Below, piece after piece: positions 1 to 8,420 of a stretch of DNA of 64,000 nucleotides. The stretch's first letter is position 1. The number at the start of each line of letters is the position of its first letter. The DNA comes from Gemmatimonadales bacterium (lineage in GTDB: Bacteria; Gemmatimonadota; Gemmatimonadetes; Gemmatimonadales; GWC2-71-9). Location of the stretch: contig JBFJCP010000009.1 in NCBI GenBank assembly GCA_041615815.1, positions 1-64,000 on the forward strand, in the 5' to 3' direction. The translations under genes were made by a program, and so were the position numbers. The notes beneath the pieces were generated by a model. That model saw only the letters and a list, made by a program, of their open reading frames with translations, did not search any database and was not told the origin of the DNA.

Positions 1-113
1 CCACCGCCGCCTCCGCCGCCGTCACCTGCGGATTGATGATGTCGTACCACCCCCGTCCCCCAAAGTCCGTATCCTCAAACCCCTCCGCCACCAGCACGGA
101 TTGCGCCGGCGGC
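1..113. repeat. Exact direct repeat, copy 1 (copy 2 at 2661-2773); probably extends beyond the left edge
   Basis: 113 bp identical base by base (ccaccgccgcctccgcc...ttgcgccggcggc), then diverging. Confidence 0.95.
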
Positions 114-217
114 TCGGGAGGATCAAACGGATTCTGATTGGAGGCTGTGGGATCGGAGCAACCGATCGTCGAGGCCACAAGGCACACGCCCACCACGGTG
201 TCGAAGACCTTCAACAC
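1..217 (-). CDS. Partial lipoprotein (5' part, runs off the left edge); its second domain starts identically to the C-terminal domain of the 2068-3546 protein
   Basis: Not in the ORF track. Manual translation from GTG 217 (GGAAGG upstream) gives MLKVFDTVVGVCLVASTIGC-SDPTASNQNPFDPPEPPAQSVLVAEGFEDTDFGGRGWYDIINPQVTAAEAAV..., i.e. a lipobox-like IGC, a Pro linker, then sequence identical to 2661-2773. Start uncertain (GTG 262 also in frame). Confidence 0.75.
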   Translation of the reverse strand, partial: MLKVFDTVVGVCLVASTIGCSDPTASNQNPFDPPEPPAQSVLVAEGFEDTDFGGRGWYDIINPQVTAAEAAV

Positions 218-486
218 GGCACCTTCCGCGTAGAGCGCCGCCCACGGCTTCAGTGGACGCACGCAATCCGTTGTGTCCGGACCGCGCCTCCCAGGGCGCG
301 TACTGGTGGGGGCTTACGATCTCGTCTGTTGAATCGTTGCGCGCAGAACGCATCGACGCGCAACGCTCGAGATTCTACCGGACTCGTCGCACCATCGCGG
401 TGACCACAGTCACACGGGACACGTTGCCGGACTCGCGGCTCACCCTTGGGCTACATCGAAGCCAACACTACCCCGACGGTGTCTCA

Positions 487-502
487 TGCAAGAACGACAC
501 CC
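487..502 (-). promoter_or_regulatory. Candidate sigma54 -24/-12 promoter
   Basis: Minus strand GGGTGTCGTTCTTGCA (GG-N10-GC with TTGCA), upstream of the partial lipoprotein gene. Confidence 0.35.
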
Positions 503-548
503 AACGAATGCCAGGTGTCCCTGTCATGCCGCAGGACAGTCGCAAACC

Positions 549-574
549 GCAAAACGGGCGATGGCTCGTTTTGC
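549..574 (-). terminator. Hairpin immediately after the 576-1973 gene (possible terminator or operator)
   Basis: GCAAAACGGGC-gatg-GCTCGTTTTGC inverted repeat next to the stop codon; weak U-tract. Confidence 0.4.
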
Positions 575-575
575 C

Positions 576-1973
576 TCAGTAGGCGCCGGCGTTTGGACAC
601 GCGCCCGCGGCAGCCCCGGTGAGCGTGAAGTTCCCGGCCGACGGATCGACGAACACGTCGCTCTTTACAGTGTCGACCAACCGCACACTATTCAGCTCCC
701 GATTGAACGTATTCTGGAACTCCTCGAGCGTATACGACTCGTTTTGCCCCTGGACACGAAGCGCGAAAAAACTCGATGGCGTAAGGAAGCAGTTGTTGTC
801 GAGTTGACTCTGACCCACGTTGCCACTGGCGCCAAAGAACTCCAGCAGATATCCAGCACCGAAAATCACGTTGTTCTCGGAGGTATGTCCGTCCATGGGA
901 CCGTCGAGATTGACCACGTGATCCATGTCGATGAAGGTGTTGTTGCGAAACACGGTATTCGTGGCCCCACTGCGCATCCGTGGCCCGCCTCCGTCTAAAA
1001 CATTGAACACGACGTTCCGCTCGAACGTGGTGTTCGCCGAGCGCCACTGCCCCATCGTCACCACGTTGAAGATCAGGTTACCCTGCACGACCGCCGGTCC
1101 GGCGTGATCCCGCTTGAAGTAGAACGCGCTGGGGGCGTTGTAGATCACGTTATTCTGAAACAGCACCAATCCCGATGCGGCAATCAAGGCAAAACCCGCG
1201 TGATGCTCCAAATCGCCCTCCTCATTCCACGCCGTCCCCCCATCGTTCATATCGTGCATCACATTGTTCTCGATATAGACGTTGTACGGAGCCGGATCCG
1301 ACTCATCGACCTTGATGATCCCCCAGTTCGATCCGGACATGGTTCGATAGTTCGAGACTCGGTTCCCGACGACCCAAACGTCGTGCACACCCGACGCGAA
1401 TCGCTCGCCCACGCCAATGTTGCCCCCATCGATCACGAGATTCTCCACCCGCCAATAGGGCTGGCTCACCCAGAGTCGAACGTCCTCCGTTGGTGACCCC
1501 TCAATGACCGCGCATGACTGGCCTGGCAGACTCTTCAACGTGATGGGATTATCCGCCGTCCCACTCGCCGTACCGCGAAACGACGAGATGTTCGCGATGA
1601 GCCGCTCGGGCGTCCCCGTTTGGCTGTTGTCTGGCCCCGCCACCGTGTGCGCGATCCCGAACGCGGCTCCTGGCATCAGGTAGATCACGTCCCCCGGCCC
1701 CGCGCGGTCCACTGCGGTCTGCGGTGTGCGGAGCGGCTGACCCTCCGTACCCGCATTGGCGTCGTCACCGTCCGCCGCCACATACCAGCACGTCCCGCCG
1801 CCCGTGGCCTCGCAACTCGGCGATCCCGCGGCCTGACAGCCCGGAACCTCGATCGGTGGCGGCGGCGCCGGCGGAATGTCCGGCCCTGCCAGCGCCCCGT
1901 CACAACCCACCCATACCAACGCGGCAGCCGCGAGAGTCAGGATTCGAGGAACACCCTCAGCACGTCTCGTCAT
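576..1973 (-). CDS. Lipoprotein with DUF1565-like N-terminus and right-handed parallel beta-helix (pectate/polysaccharide lyase-like)
   Basis: Signal ...AAAALVWVGC; WYVAADGDDANAGT..PLRT..AVDRAGPGDVIYL motif; Asn-rich helix repeats (FQNNVIYN, FERNVVFN, FRNNTF); C-terminal FVDP..GNFTL...NAGAY. Start moved to ATG 1973. Confidence 0.8.
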   Translation of the reverse strand: MTRRAEGVPRILTLAAAALVWVGCDGALAGPDIPPAPPPPIEVPGCQAAGSPSCEATGGGTCWYVAADGDDANAGTEGQPLRTPQTAVDRAGPGDVIYLMPGAAFGIAHTVAGPDNSQTGTPERLIANISSFRGTASGTADNPITLKSLPGQSCAVIEGSPTEDVRLWVSQPYWRVENLVIDGGNIGVGERFASGVHDVWVVGNRVSNYRTMSGSNWGIIKVDESDPAPYNVYIENNVMHDMNDGGTAWNEEGDLEHHAGFALIAASGLVLFQNNVIYNAPSAFYFKRDHAGPAVVQGNLIFNVVTMGQWRSANTTFERNVVFNVLDGGGPRMRSGATNTVFRNNTFIDMDHVVNLDGPMDGHTSENNVIFGAGYLLEFFGASGNVGQSQLDNNCFLTPSSFFALRVQGQNESYTLEEFQNTFNRELNSVRLVDTVKSDVFVDPSAGNFTLTGAAAGACPNAGAY

Positions 1974-2067
1974 CTTGCCGCCTATCCGCCTCCTTTGGGA
2001 GAATGCTGCAATCTGAAAAATTGCTTGCTCCGCTGCCTCGTACCACGCCCTCTGCGCTCTGCCCGCA

Positions 2068-3546
2068 TCACCCTCCACCCCGCTCCGTCGCGACGGTCAG
2101 CTCATCGATCCACATGGTTTGGTCCACGGGTGAGCCGACCCCGATGAAGGGCGCGATCAACAACTGATTGAACCGCATCCCCTCCTCCCCCGCATTCGCC
2201 CGAATCACCACATCCCGCTCGTCCACCAGCAGCTCCCCATCCATCCAGTACCGCACCTCCCCATCCGCCACCCCCACCCCACTGTTCATCCGAATCTCCG
2301 CCTCGATGAAATGCCAATCCCCCTTGTACCGCGCACCCGCCGCATCCGTGAACATCGCGCTCGCCCACATCCGCCGCCCGCGGATCCCCACAAACGGCAC
2401 CATCCCGTCCACCCCGTTGTGGTTCTGCTCCACCAAGACCTCCAACACCGCCCCCGCCGGCCCCACAAACGCATCGTCCAGGTTCGTCAGGAAGTAAAAC
2501 TCGTGCGGATGCGACCCCACTTGCGACCCCACCCAGTTCCCGCTGTACTTCACCCAATAACTCAACACCACCACGTCCGTCTCCTCGAACAAATGCCGCC
2601 CCACCGTCCCATCCACGAACTGCGCCCCTTCCCCAAACCGCATCACCAAACTGCTGCTCCCCACCGCCGCCTCCGCCGCCGTCACCTGCGGATTGATGAT
2701 GTCGTACCACCCCCGTCCCCCAAAGTCCGTATCCTCAAACCCCTCCGCCACCAGCACGGATTGCGCCGGCGGCGGTGGGGGCGGCGGTGGCGCACCGCTC
2801 GCCACCTGAATGGTCGGCGCGCCCGACGTGACGGCCTCTCCGTTGATCGTTGCGACGATACTCGTGGCCGTTCCCTCGGCGGTGCCGGTGAAGCTGGCAC
2901 CATAGGTACCGTCGTCGTTGTCCACCACCGCTGACATCGTTCCCTGGCTCGTGCCGCCGGAGGTCCCAAACGCCACCGTGAGTCCGCCGGACTCTTGCTG
3001 GTTCCCCTGCGCGTCCCGCACGCGGAGTGTCAGCTGTGCCGTCTCCCCTGGCGCAATCGATCCGCGTGAGACCGAGACCGTCGACTGCGATAACGAAACC
3101 GGACCCGCCCGCAGACGGAAGGACGCCGATACAACCGCTGGCAACGTCCCCGCCTGAAACTCCAGCGACCAGTCACCTGCTATCCCTACCACCGCGAGAT
3201 CCGAGAACGTCGCCAACCCGTCACCCACTTGGACGCTCACGCTTCCATCGAGGCTTCCCTGACCGGACCCGACCACCGCCGTCACGACGGTTTCCTGATC
3301 CGTGACCAGCCGATTCCCATCGGCATCCAACACCTCGACCGCCGGTGGAACGCCAAGGGGCACCCCTGACGCCGCGTCACCCGGCTGTGTCACGATGCCG
3401 AGCGAGGCGGCCGCCGGGTTCACCACCCCCGGACCGGCGGGTTCGAGGTTGCACCCGCTGGCGGCCGCTAGCACAAAGGCGATGGTAATGATCGTTGCGG
3501 GCCGTTCCGTCAAGAGAGTGAGCAAGCATACGCGCGACCGTCTCAT
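2068..3546 (-). CDS. Lipoprotein: Ig-like (invasin/Big-1 type) domains, poly-Pro linker, jelly-roll polysaccharide-lyase/LamG-like C-terminal domain
   Basis: Lipobox AASGC; 'LRVRDAQGN', 'DNDDGTYGASFTG' Ig-like motifs; PPPPPPPP linker; 'GDWHFIEAEIRMNS..DGEVRYWMDG', 'MWIDELTV'. Confidence 0.75.
   Translation of the reverse strand: MRRSRVCLLTLLTERPATIITIAFVLAAASGCNLEPAGPGVVNPAAASLGIVTQPGDAASGVPLGVPPAVEVLDADGNRLVTDQETVVTAVVGSGQGSLDGSVSVQVGDGLATFSDLAVVGIAGDWSLEFQAGTLPAVVSASFRLRAGPVSLSQSTVSVSRGSIAPGETAQLTLRVRDAQGNQQESGGLTVAFGTSGGTSQGTMSAVVDNDDGTYGASFTGTAEGTATSIVATINGEAVTSGAPTIQVASGAPPPPPPPPAQSVLVAEGFEDTDFGGRGWYDIINPQVTAAEAAVGSSSLVMRFGEGAQFVDGTVGRHLFEETDVVVLSYWVKYSGNWVGSQVGSHPHEFYFLTNLDDAFVGPAGAVLEVLVEQNHNGVDGMVPFVGIRGRRMWASAMFTDAAGARYKGDWHFIEAEIRMNSGVGVADGEVRYWMDGELLVDERDVVIRANAGEEGMRFNQLLIAPFIGVGSPVDQTMWIDELTVATERGGG
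2661..2773. repeat. Exact direct repeat, copy 2 of 1-113
   Basis: Identical to window positions 1-113; the boundary coincides with the Pro linker/domain junction. Confidence 0.95.
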
Positions 3547-3721
3547 GATGGTCCCCTGTCGCCCCGCCAGAGGCGACGGGACGGTGGTCCGAGTCGGAGT
3601 TGAGATTGAGATGCTGCAGTGTGGAGTCCGGGCGCGTAGAGCTCCCCGACCCCCAGTCTAGACGCGCGACGTCACGGCTGCGGTGATCGCGATCACGTCA
3701 CCGCATCTGAGGCCGCACGCG

Positions 3722-4972
3722 TCATTGACCTGCTCTCACTTCCGACAACGGACCGGGCCGCATGTCCGGCCGACTCCGGTACACCCCTGCTTCCCGAAAC
3801 CACCGACTCTGCGTCTGGTGGGGACCAGCGTTGATATTTGCGCCGAGACCGAGCATGTGCAGTGCTCCCGGCGGCATCGGCAACCGCGTGCGATATGGTT
3901 GCGGGCCGATCCGAATAAACTCCTCACCGTCGCGATAGACCGTGATCACCACGGCGTCGGTGCCGCGTGTGGCGTCGTAATGGAAATGCCAGGTGTGCCA
4001 GACACCGGACCACTCACGAGTGTCGAGACCGTCGGCCCCACCCTGCCGATGATTGGGGGGATAGACGCGCCGTCCCACGCCAGGGAGGATCGACAAAAAC
4101 CAATCTGCCTGGCCCGGGCGTTTGAACGCCTCGGCTTCCACCGCCAATCCCCACATGTCCGGCACGTGCCACAGAATGAACTTGTAGGAACGAAACTCAC
4201 GACACGCGTGGTGCCCGTTGACCCAATACTGGCCCGCGGCCGCATCTCCTTCTCTCGACACGAACCGAAGCCACCATTCATCGTTTTGTGGCAGCGGCGC
4301 GTGCCAGCGTACCCCCACCGCGGCATTCGTTGTGCCGCAGCGGCCGGCATCGTCCCGAGCCTGGAAGGTCACCTTCAACGTCTGCTTTCCGTCTGGGCCC
4401 GCCGATGGATCGAGCCCGAACGACGCCGTGGTGGGTCGATAGACCGAATTGTCCTCATTGCGGCTCACGACCATAAACAGTGGTCCACGCGGATGGCCTT
4501 CTGGCCCGCGGCCACGCGCAAACCGGCGCCGGAAATCCTCGTCCGACGCATACCCCTGGAAATCGTCATACCACTCGGCCGGCTGCACCACGAAGTCCCG
4601 AACGGCAACATCGCCCGGCTCCAGCTGCACCCTCGCGCGATCCGGTTCTTCGGCGCCCAGGGAGTATTGATGGCTCGGTTGCAGGCGGAGGTCATACGTT
4701 CCCGCCTCGAGACCCACCAGCAGATAGGTGCCGTTCGCGCGAATCGGTGCTTCCACCTGATACGGTGTTGCACCGGCTGCGACGACCTCCACCACGCCAC
4801 CACCAACGGGGTCCCCGGCCGCGGTCCGTACGGTCCCCGCCACCCCGGTGGGATCCTCGACGACCATCCCAGCGTCGGAGGTCACCGATCGTGGCGCCGC
4901 CTCGCCGCGAACGCAGCCCATGGCCACGAGCGCACACAGGACGGACGTCAGCCGACTCCGATGCTGTTGCAT
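3722..4972 (-). CDS. Lipoprotein with carboxypeptidase-regulatory-like domain and putative lyase-like jelly-roll domain
   Basis: Start moved to MQQHRSRLTSVLCALVAMGC (lipobox); 'GTVRTAAGDPV..ANGTYLLVGLEAGTYDL'; 'WHTWHFH..VYRDG'. Confidence 0.65.
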   Translation of the reverse strand: MQQHRSRLTSVLCALVAMGCVRGEAAPRSVTSDAGMVVEDPTGVAGTVRTAAGDPVGGGVVEVVAAGATPYQVEAPIRANGTYLLVGLEAGTYDLRLQPSHQYSLGAEEPDRARVQLEPGDVAVRDFVVQPAEWYDDFQGYASDEDFRRRFARGRGPEGHPRGPLFMVVSRNEDNSVYRPTTASFGLDPSAGPDGKQTLKVTFQARDDAGRCGTTNAAVGVRWHAPLPQNDEWWLRFVSREGDAAAGQYWVNGHHACREFRSYKFILWHVPDMWGLAVEAEAFKRPGQADWFLSILPGVGRRVYPPNHRQGGADGLDTREWSGVWHTWHFHYDATRGTDAVVITVYRDGEEFIRIGPQPYRTRLPMPPGALHMLGLGANINAGPHQTQSRWFREAGVYRSRPDMRPGPLSEVRAGQ

Positions 4973-5187
4973 GGTTGCCACACGAGCGGTCCACTTCAGA
5001 ATCTGTATCATGAGCCTACGTTCTGTTTCATGGTTCATACCACCCGACCCGGGGATATGAGCCATTTCCCCGGGTCGATCCGGTGAGCCCGGCACGGGAC
5101 ATCCCGTGGAACGCAACGTGCACCCAGGCGGGTGGCCGCTGGACCGGAGGTGATCCGGCGGACGCAACCCAGCATTCCGTGAGCCGG

Positions 5188-6390
5188 ATGAAACGATTCT
5201 CGAATATCGCCATCGGCGCTTCACTCCTCGTGGCGACCTTACTGCTCTCCCTGGGGATCGCCGAGCTGGCCGTGCGTCTCATTATGCCCCAGCAACTGAT
5301 TCTCGTCAGATCGGATGTTTGGCAGGCCGTCGACACGCTCGGGTGGGCCAAGCGCCCCAATCTCCAGACTGACATCAACACGGGCGAACGAACCGTGGGC
5401 CTGACCACCGACAGTCTGGGGCTCCGCATCCCGGCGCTCGGGCGACCCGTCGAGCTGTCGGCCACCGCCGTGCGCGTGCTCCTGCTGGGCGATTCGTTCA
5501 TGGAAGCCCTGCAGGTCGAGTACGAACAGAGTCTCGCAGGCCTGCTGGAAACCCATTTGAGCGATTCGCTGGGCACGCCGGTGGAGGTGTGGAATACCGG
5601 GGTCGCCGGTTGGGGACCATCACAGTATCTCCTGACCGCCCGCTGGCTCCTGAGCCGCGTGTCCTTTGACCACGTCATAGTAGCACTGTACGTGGGAAAC
5701 GACGCCGTCCTGAAACGCCACGACTACGTTCCGCCGCGGTCCCCCACGGTATTGCATCGCCTACGACTCCCCCGATCGCTGAGCGTCCGGGAGTTCCGGG
5801 ACGCCATGTTCTATCCAGTGAACGACTTCTTGGAACGGCGTTCTCACCTCTATATCCTCTTCAAGCGAGGGTCGGAGAATCTCCTGGCCAAACTCGGTCT
5901 CGGCGGACCTGAATTTCCGTTCGAGATTCGCAGGCAGGAGGCGGCGTCGCCACGATGGGGGATCACCGCCGACATCGCGGCGGACCTGGGCGCGGAGGCA
6001 CGACGGCATGGCGTCTCCACCACCTTCGTGTTGATCCCCTCGGCCTACCAGGTGGACACCGTCGTGTTTCGCTCGTTTGCTCGCACGTTCGACCTCGACC
6101 CGGCGAATGTCGACCTCGACCAGCCCAATCGTCTCCTGGTTCGAGAGTTCCGCAGCCGCAACCTGCGCGTTGTCGACGCGCTCGAGGCCCTCCGCATCGC
6201 CAACGAGACGGGGAGGCAGTTGTTCGGATCGGTCGATGAGCACCTGAGTGCCGAAGGACATGCGGTGATGGCCACGCTGACCGTGCCCCCGGTGCTCGAG
6301 GCCATGCGTGCGCGTGACCCATCGACGACGAGCGGTCCCACTCGCCGACTCGGCGGCGCCCTGGTCAGCCCGCGTCCTGACGGTCAATGA
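5188..6390 (+). CDS. Membrane-anchored SGNH/GDSL hydrolase-like protein (AlgJ/AlgX-like acyltransferase or esterase)
   Basis: N-terminal TM helix; LLGDSF block I, NTGVAGWGP block II, GND block III, DEHLSAEGH block V. Confidence 0.85.
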   Translation: MKRFSNIAIGASLLVATLLLSLGIAELAVRLIMPQQLILVRSDVWQAVDTLGWAKRPNLQTDINTGERTVGLTTDSLGLRIPALGRPVELSATAVRVLLLGDSFMEALQVEYEQSLAGLLETHLSDSLGTPVEVWNTGVAGWGPSQYLLTARWLLSRVSFDHVIVALYVGNDAVLKRHDYVPPRSPTVLHRLRLPRSLSVREFRDAMFYPVNDFLERRSHLYILFKRGSENLLAKLGLGGPEFPFEIRRQEAASPRWGITADIAADLGAEARRHGVSTTFVLIPSAYQVDTVVFRSFARTFDLDPANVDLDQPNRLLVREFRSRNLRVVDALEALRIANETGRQLFGSVDEHLSAEGHAVMATLTVPPVLEAMRARDPSTTSGPTRRLGGALVSPRPDGQ

Positions 6391-8167
6391 CGTCTGGCCA
6401 CGCCAGCGTCACGCGGCGCAGATCCAACGTGTAGCGACACCCACCGTCGGCGACCTCGCCGTCCGGGACGAATCCCAAGCGGGGATAGAGATCCCGCACC
6501 ATGCCGTTCTTCTTCGTTGGACGGTACTCGCCCGCGAGGAACTCGCATCCCAAACGCCGGGCGTGCTCGGCCAGATAAGCGAGCAGGGCCTCTTCCACGT
6601 GTCGATTCATGACCCGACAACTCATGAGACAGGTGTCCAGCACGCCCATGCGTCCTTCGCACCGGAGAATCCCCACGGCCACCAGGCCCTGGTCCCCAAA
6701 CCGATCGCGCAGCCGGAGCCACGCGACCACTTGTGAGGGATCCCGCGCCATTGCATCGATCTCGGTCTGCGTGTGTCGCCGTGTGGTGAGATTGAACTGA
6801 TTGGTCTTGTTCACCAGTTGGGTAATCCGTCCGATGGTGGCAGGACCCGCTTCGCCTACCGCCGCGACCATTTCCAGACTGTAGAGAAAATCGTCGACAG
6901 TGTCGAACCGTTGCGCGTGTGTCTGTCGTTTTTGCTCGGCATGATACATCTCGGTCCGCGATCGATCTTCGTCAGAGAGGCTCACTTGATCGAAGAAGCC
7001 GGATTCCCAGAGCGCCTCCTCGTACGCGAGTGGATCGGCGGGGACCTCGATGACACCGACCGCGGGAGCGTTGGCCCGGGCCTCCGCGCGTTCCACCGGA
7101 TTGTCGTCGAAGAGCACAAGTGCGTCCGCGCCGATGTTCAGCTCCTCGGCCAACTCGAGGAGGTTCTGGCTCTTAGGATTCCAATTGACGCGCGCGGCCG
7201 CCAGATCCTCCCAGCGAATCAACATCTCGGGATGCTCGTCAAAAACCTGCCGGGCCACCGACTCGTCGTTCTTACTCACGACCGCCAGCAAAATACCGCG
7301 GTCCTTGAGGGATAACGCCGCTCGCTGAAACCCCTTGTAGACGTTGCCGGGATAGTCGTCGCTGAGCTTGATCCCCTCGACACCGTCGTCACCGATCACA
7401 CCACCCCACAGCGTGTTGTCCAGATCGAGTACCAGGCACTTGGCGGGCCGCTGCCGTGCCCCCGCGACGGTGCGCACGAGGTGGCGGGCGAGCGCCGGCT
7501 GGTGCGCGGCGGCGACCGCGATTCGGCCCAGCGCCCAGAGCCGCCGGTCCGTCCAGGATCCGGCGCCCGATGCTCGGACGAGGCCGGCATAGTCCCACAG
7601 CACGACGCCGGCCATGCTCGTGACGCGACGCTGCAACTCCTCATTGGCCCGCTGTATTGCATACGTGAGTGCCTCGCCCACGTTGGCATCGAAAATTCCG
7701 AGAGGGAGCCGGGCAGGGGTGGCGAAGTTCGCAACCAAGACCGGTGCCGTGGACCATTGTCGAAACGCCTTCACCAGTTGCCCGATCCGGTCGATGCTCT
7801 CCTGGAGCCGTTCCGCGAACCGTCGGCCGTCGGTGGCGTAATACCGCACCGCCGCGTCCGGGTCCACATCCTCTGGACGCATAGCGAGCACCAGGACGTC
7901 AGGCGCGAACTGCCCGAGGCGAGTATCGCTACCAATCTCTTGCTCGAACTGACCGAAGCCTCCGAAATAGGAGGCCACCCACAGCCCGCGCCTCGCACCT
8001 TCAACCACGAGAAAGGGGTTGACGAATTCGAGTGTAAATGTGCTCAGGAAGGCGATGTTGATCGGCGCTCGGTCTGGACCCGCACCGGCGCGTTGGATCT
8101 CCCTCGCCAGACGCGCGTAATCGGCAGGGCGCAAATCGTCGGGGATGGTATGCGTTTCCACGATCAA
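6365..8167 (-). CDS. fkbH: FkbH-like HAD-IIIC glyceryl-ACP transferase/phosphatase with C-terminal GNAT-like domain
   Basis: KCLVLDLDNTLWGGVIGDDG, SKND, FDDNPVER, KTNQFNLTTRR, MSCRV. Confidence 0.93.
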   Translation of the reverse strand: MIVETHTIPDDLRPADYARLAREIQRAGAGPDRAPINIAFLSTFTLEFVNPFLVVEGARRGLWVASYFGGFGQFEQEIGSDTRLGQFAPDVLVLAMRPEDVDPDAAVRYYATDGRRFAERLQESIDRIGQLVKAFRQWSTAPVLVANFATPARLPLGIFDANVGEALTYAIQRANEELQRRVTSMAGVVLWDYAGLVRASGAGSWTDRRLWALGRIAVAAAHQPALARHLVRTVAGARQRPAKCLVLDLDNTLWGGVIGDDGVEGIKLSDDYPGNVYKGFQRAALSLKDRGILLAVVSKNDESVARQVFDEHPEMLIRWEDLAAARVNWNPKSQNLLELAEELNIGADALVLFDDNPVERAEARANAPAVGVIEVPADPLAYEEALWESGFFDQVSLSDEDRSRTEMYHAEQKRQTHAQRFDTVDDFLYSLEMVAAVGEAGPATIGRITQLVNKTNQFNLTTRRHTQTEIDAMARDPSQVVAWLRLRDRFGDQGLVAVGILRCEGRMGVLDTCLMSCRVMNRHVEEALLAYLAEHARRLGCEFLAGEYRPTKKNGMVRDLYPRLGFVPDGEVADGGCRYTLDLRRVTLAWPDVIDRQDAG

Positions 8168-8177
8168 CGCGTTGGGC

Positions 8178-8420
8178 TCAACGACCGTTCGCGAACTCGG
8201 GATCCAGGCGTTGACGAATCAGACCTACACTCACCAATTCGCCGATCTCGCCGGGATCGAACTCGATCCCGAATTCGGCCTCGAGGGCCATCACCAGCTG
8301 CATGTGTGCCACCGAGTCCCACGCGGCGATGGACTCCGGTGAGTCGGTTTCCGTCAGGGCGTCACCGTCCACGTCCAACACGTCGGCAAGCACGCGACGA
8401 AGACGTGCATCAATGGTCAT
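8178..8420 (-). CDS. Acyl carrier protein
   Basis: 80 aa acidic protein, WDSVAH phosphopantetheine Ser motif, LE.EFGI; adjacent to FkbH. Confidence 0.92.
   Translation of the reverse strand: MTIDARLRRVLADVLDVDGDALTETDSPESIAAWDSVAHMQLVMALEAEFGIEFDPGEIGELVSVGLIRQRLDPEFANGR

Noticed and set aside
2102..2710. Gly-rich 202-aa alternate-frame ORF
   Set aside because: By-product of the G-skewed codons of the real 2068-3546 gene.
1..2773. Repeat pair as the TR/VR of a diversity-generating retroelement
   Set aside because: The copies are identical with no adenine-specific mismatches, both are coding, and no reverse transcriptase is in the window.
6365..8420. Polyketide/tetronate biosynthetic cluster
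   Set aside because: No KS, FabH-like, NRPS or methoxymalonyl dehydrogenase genes nearby.
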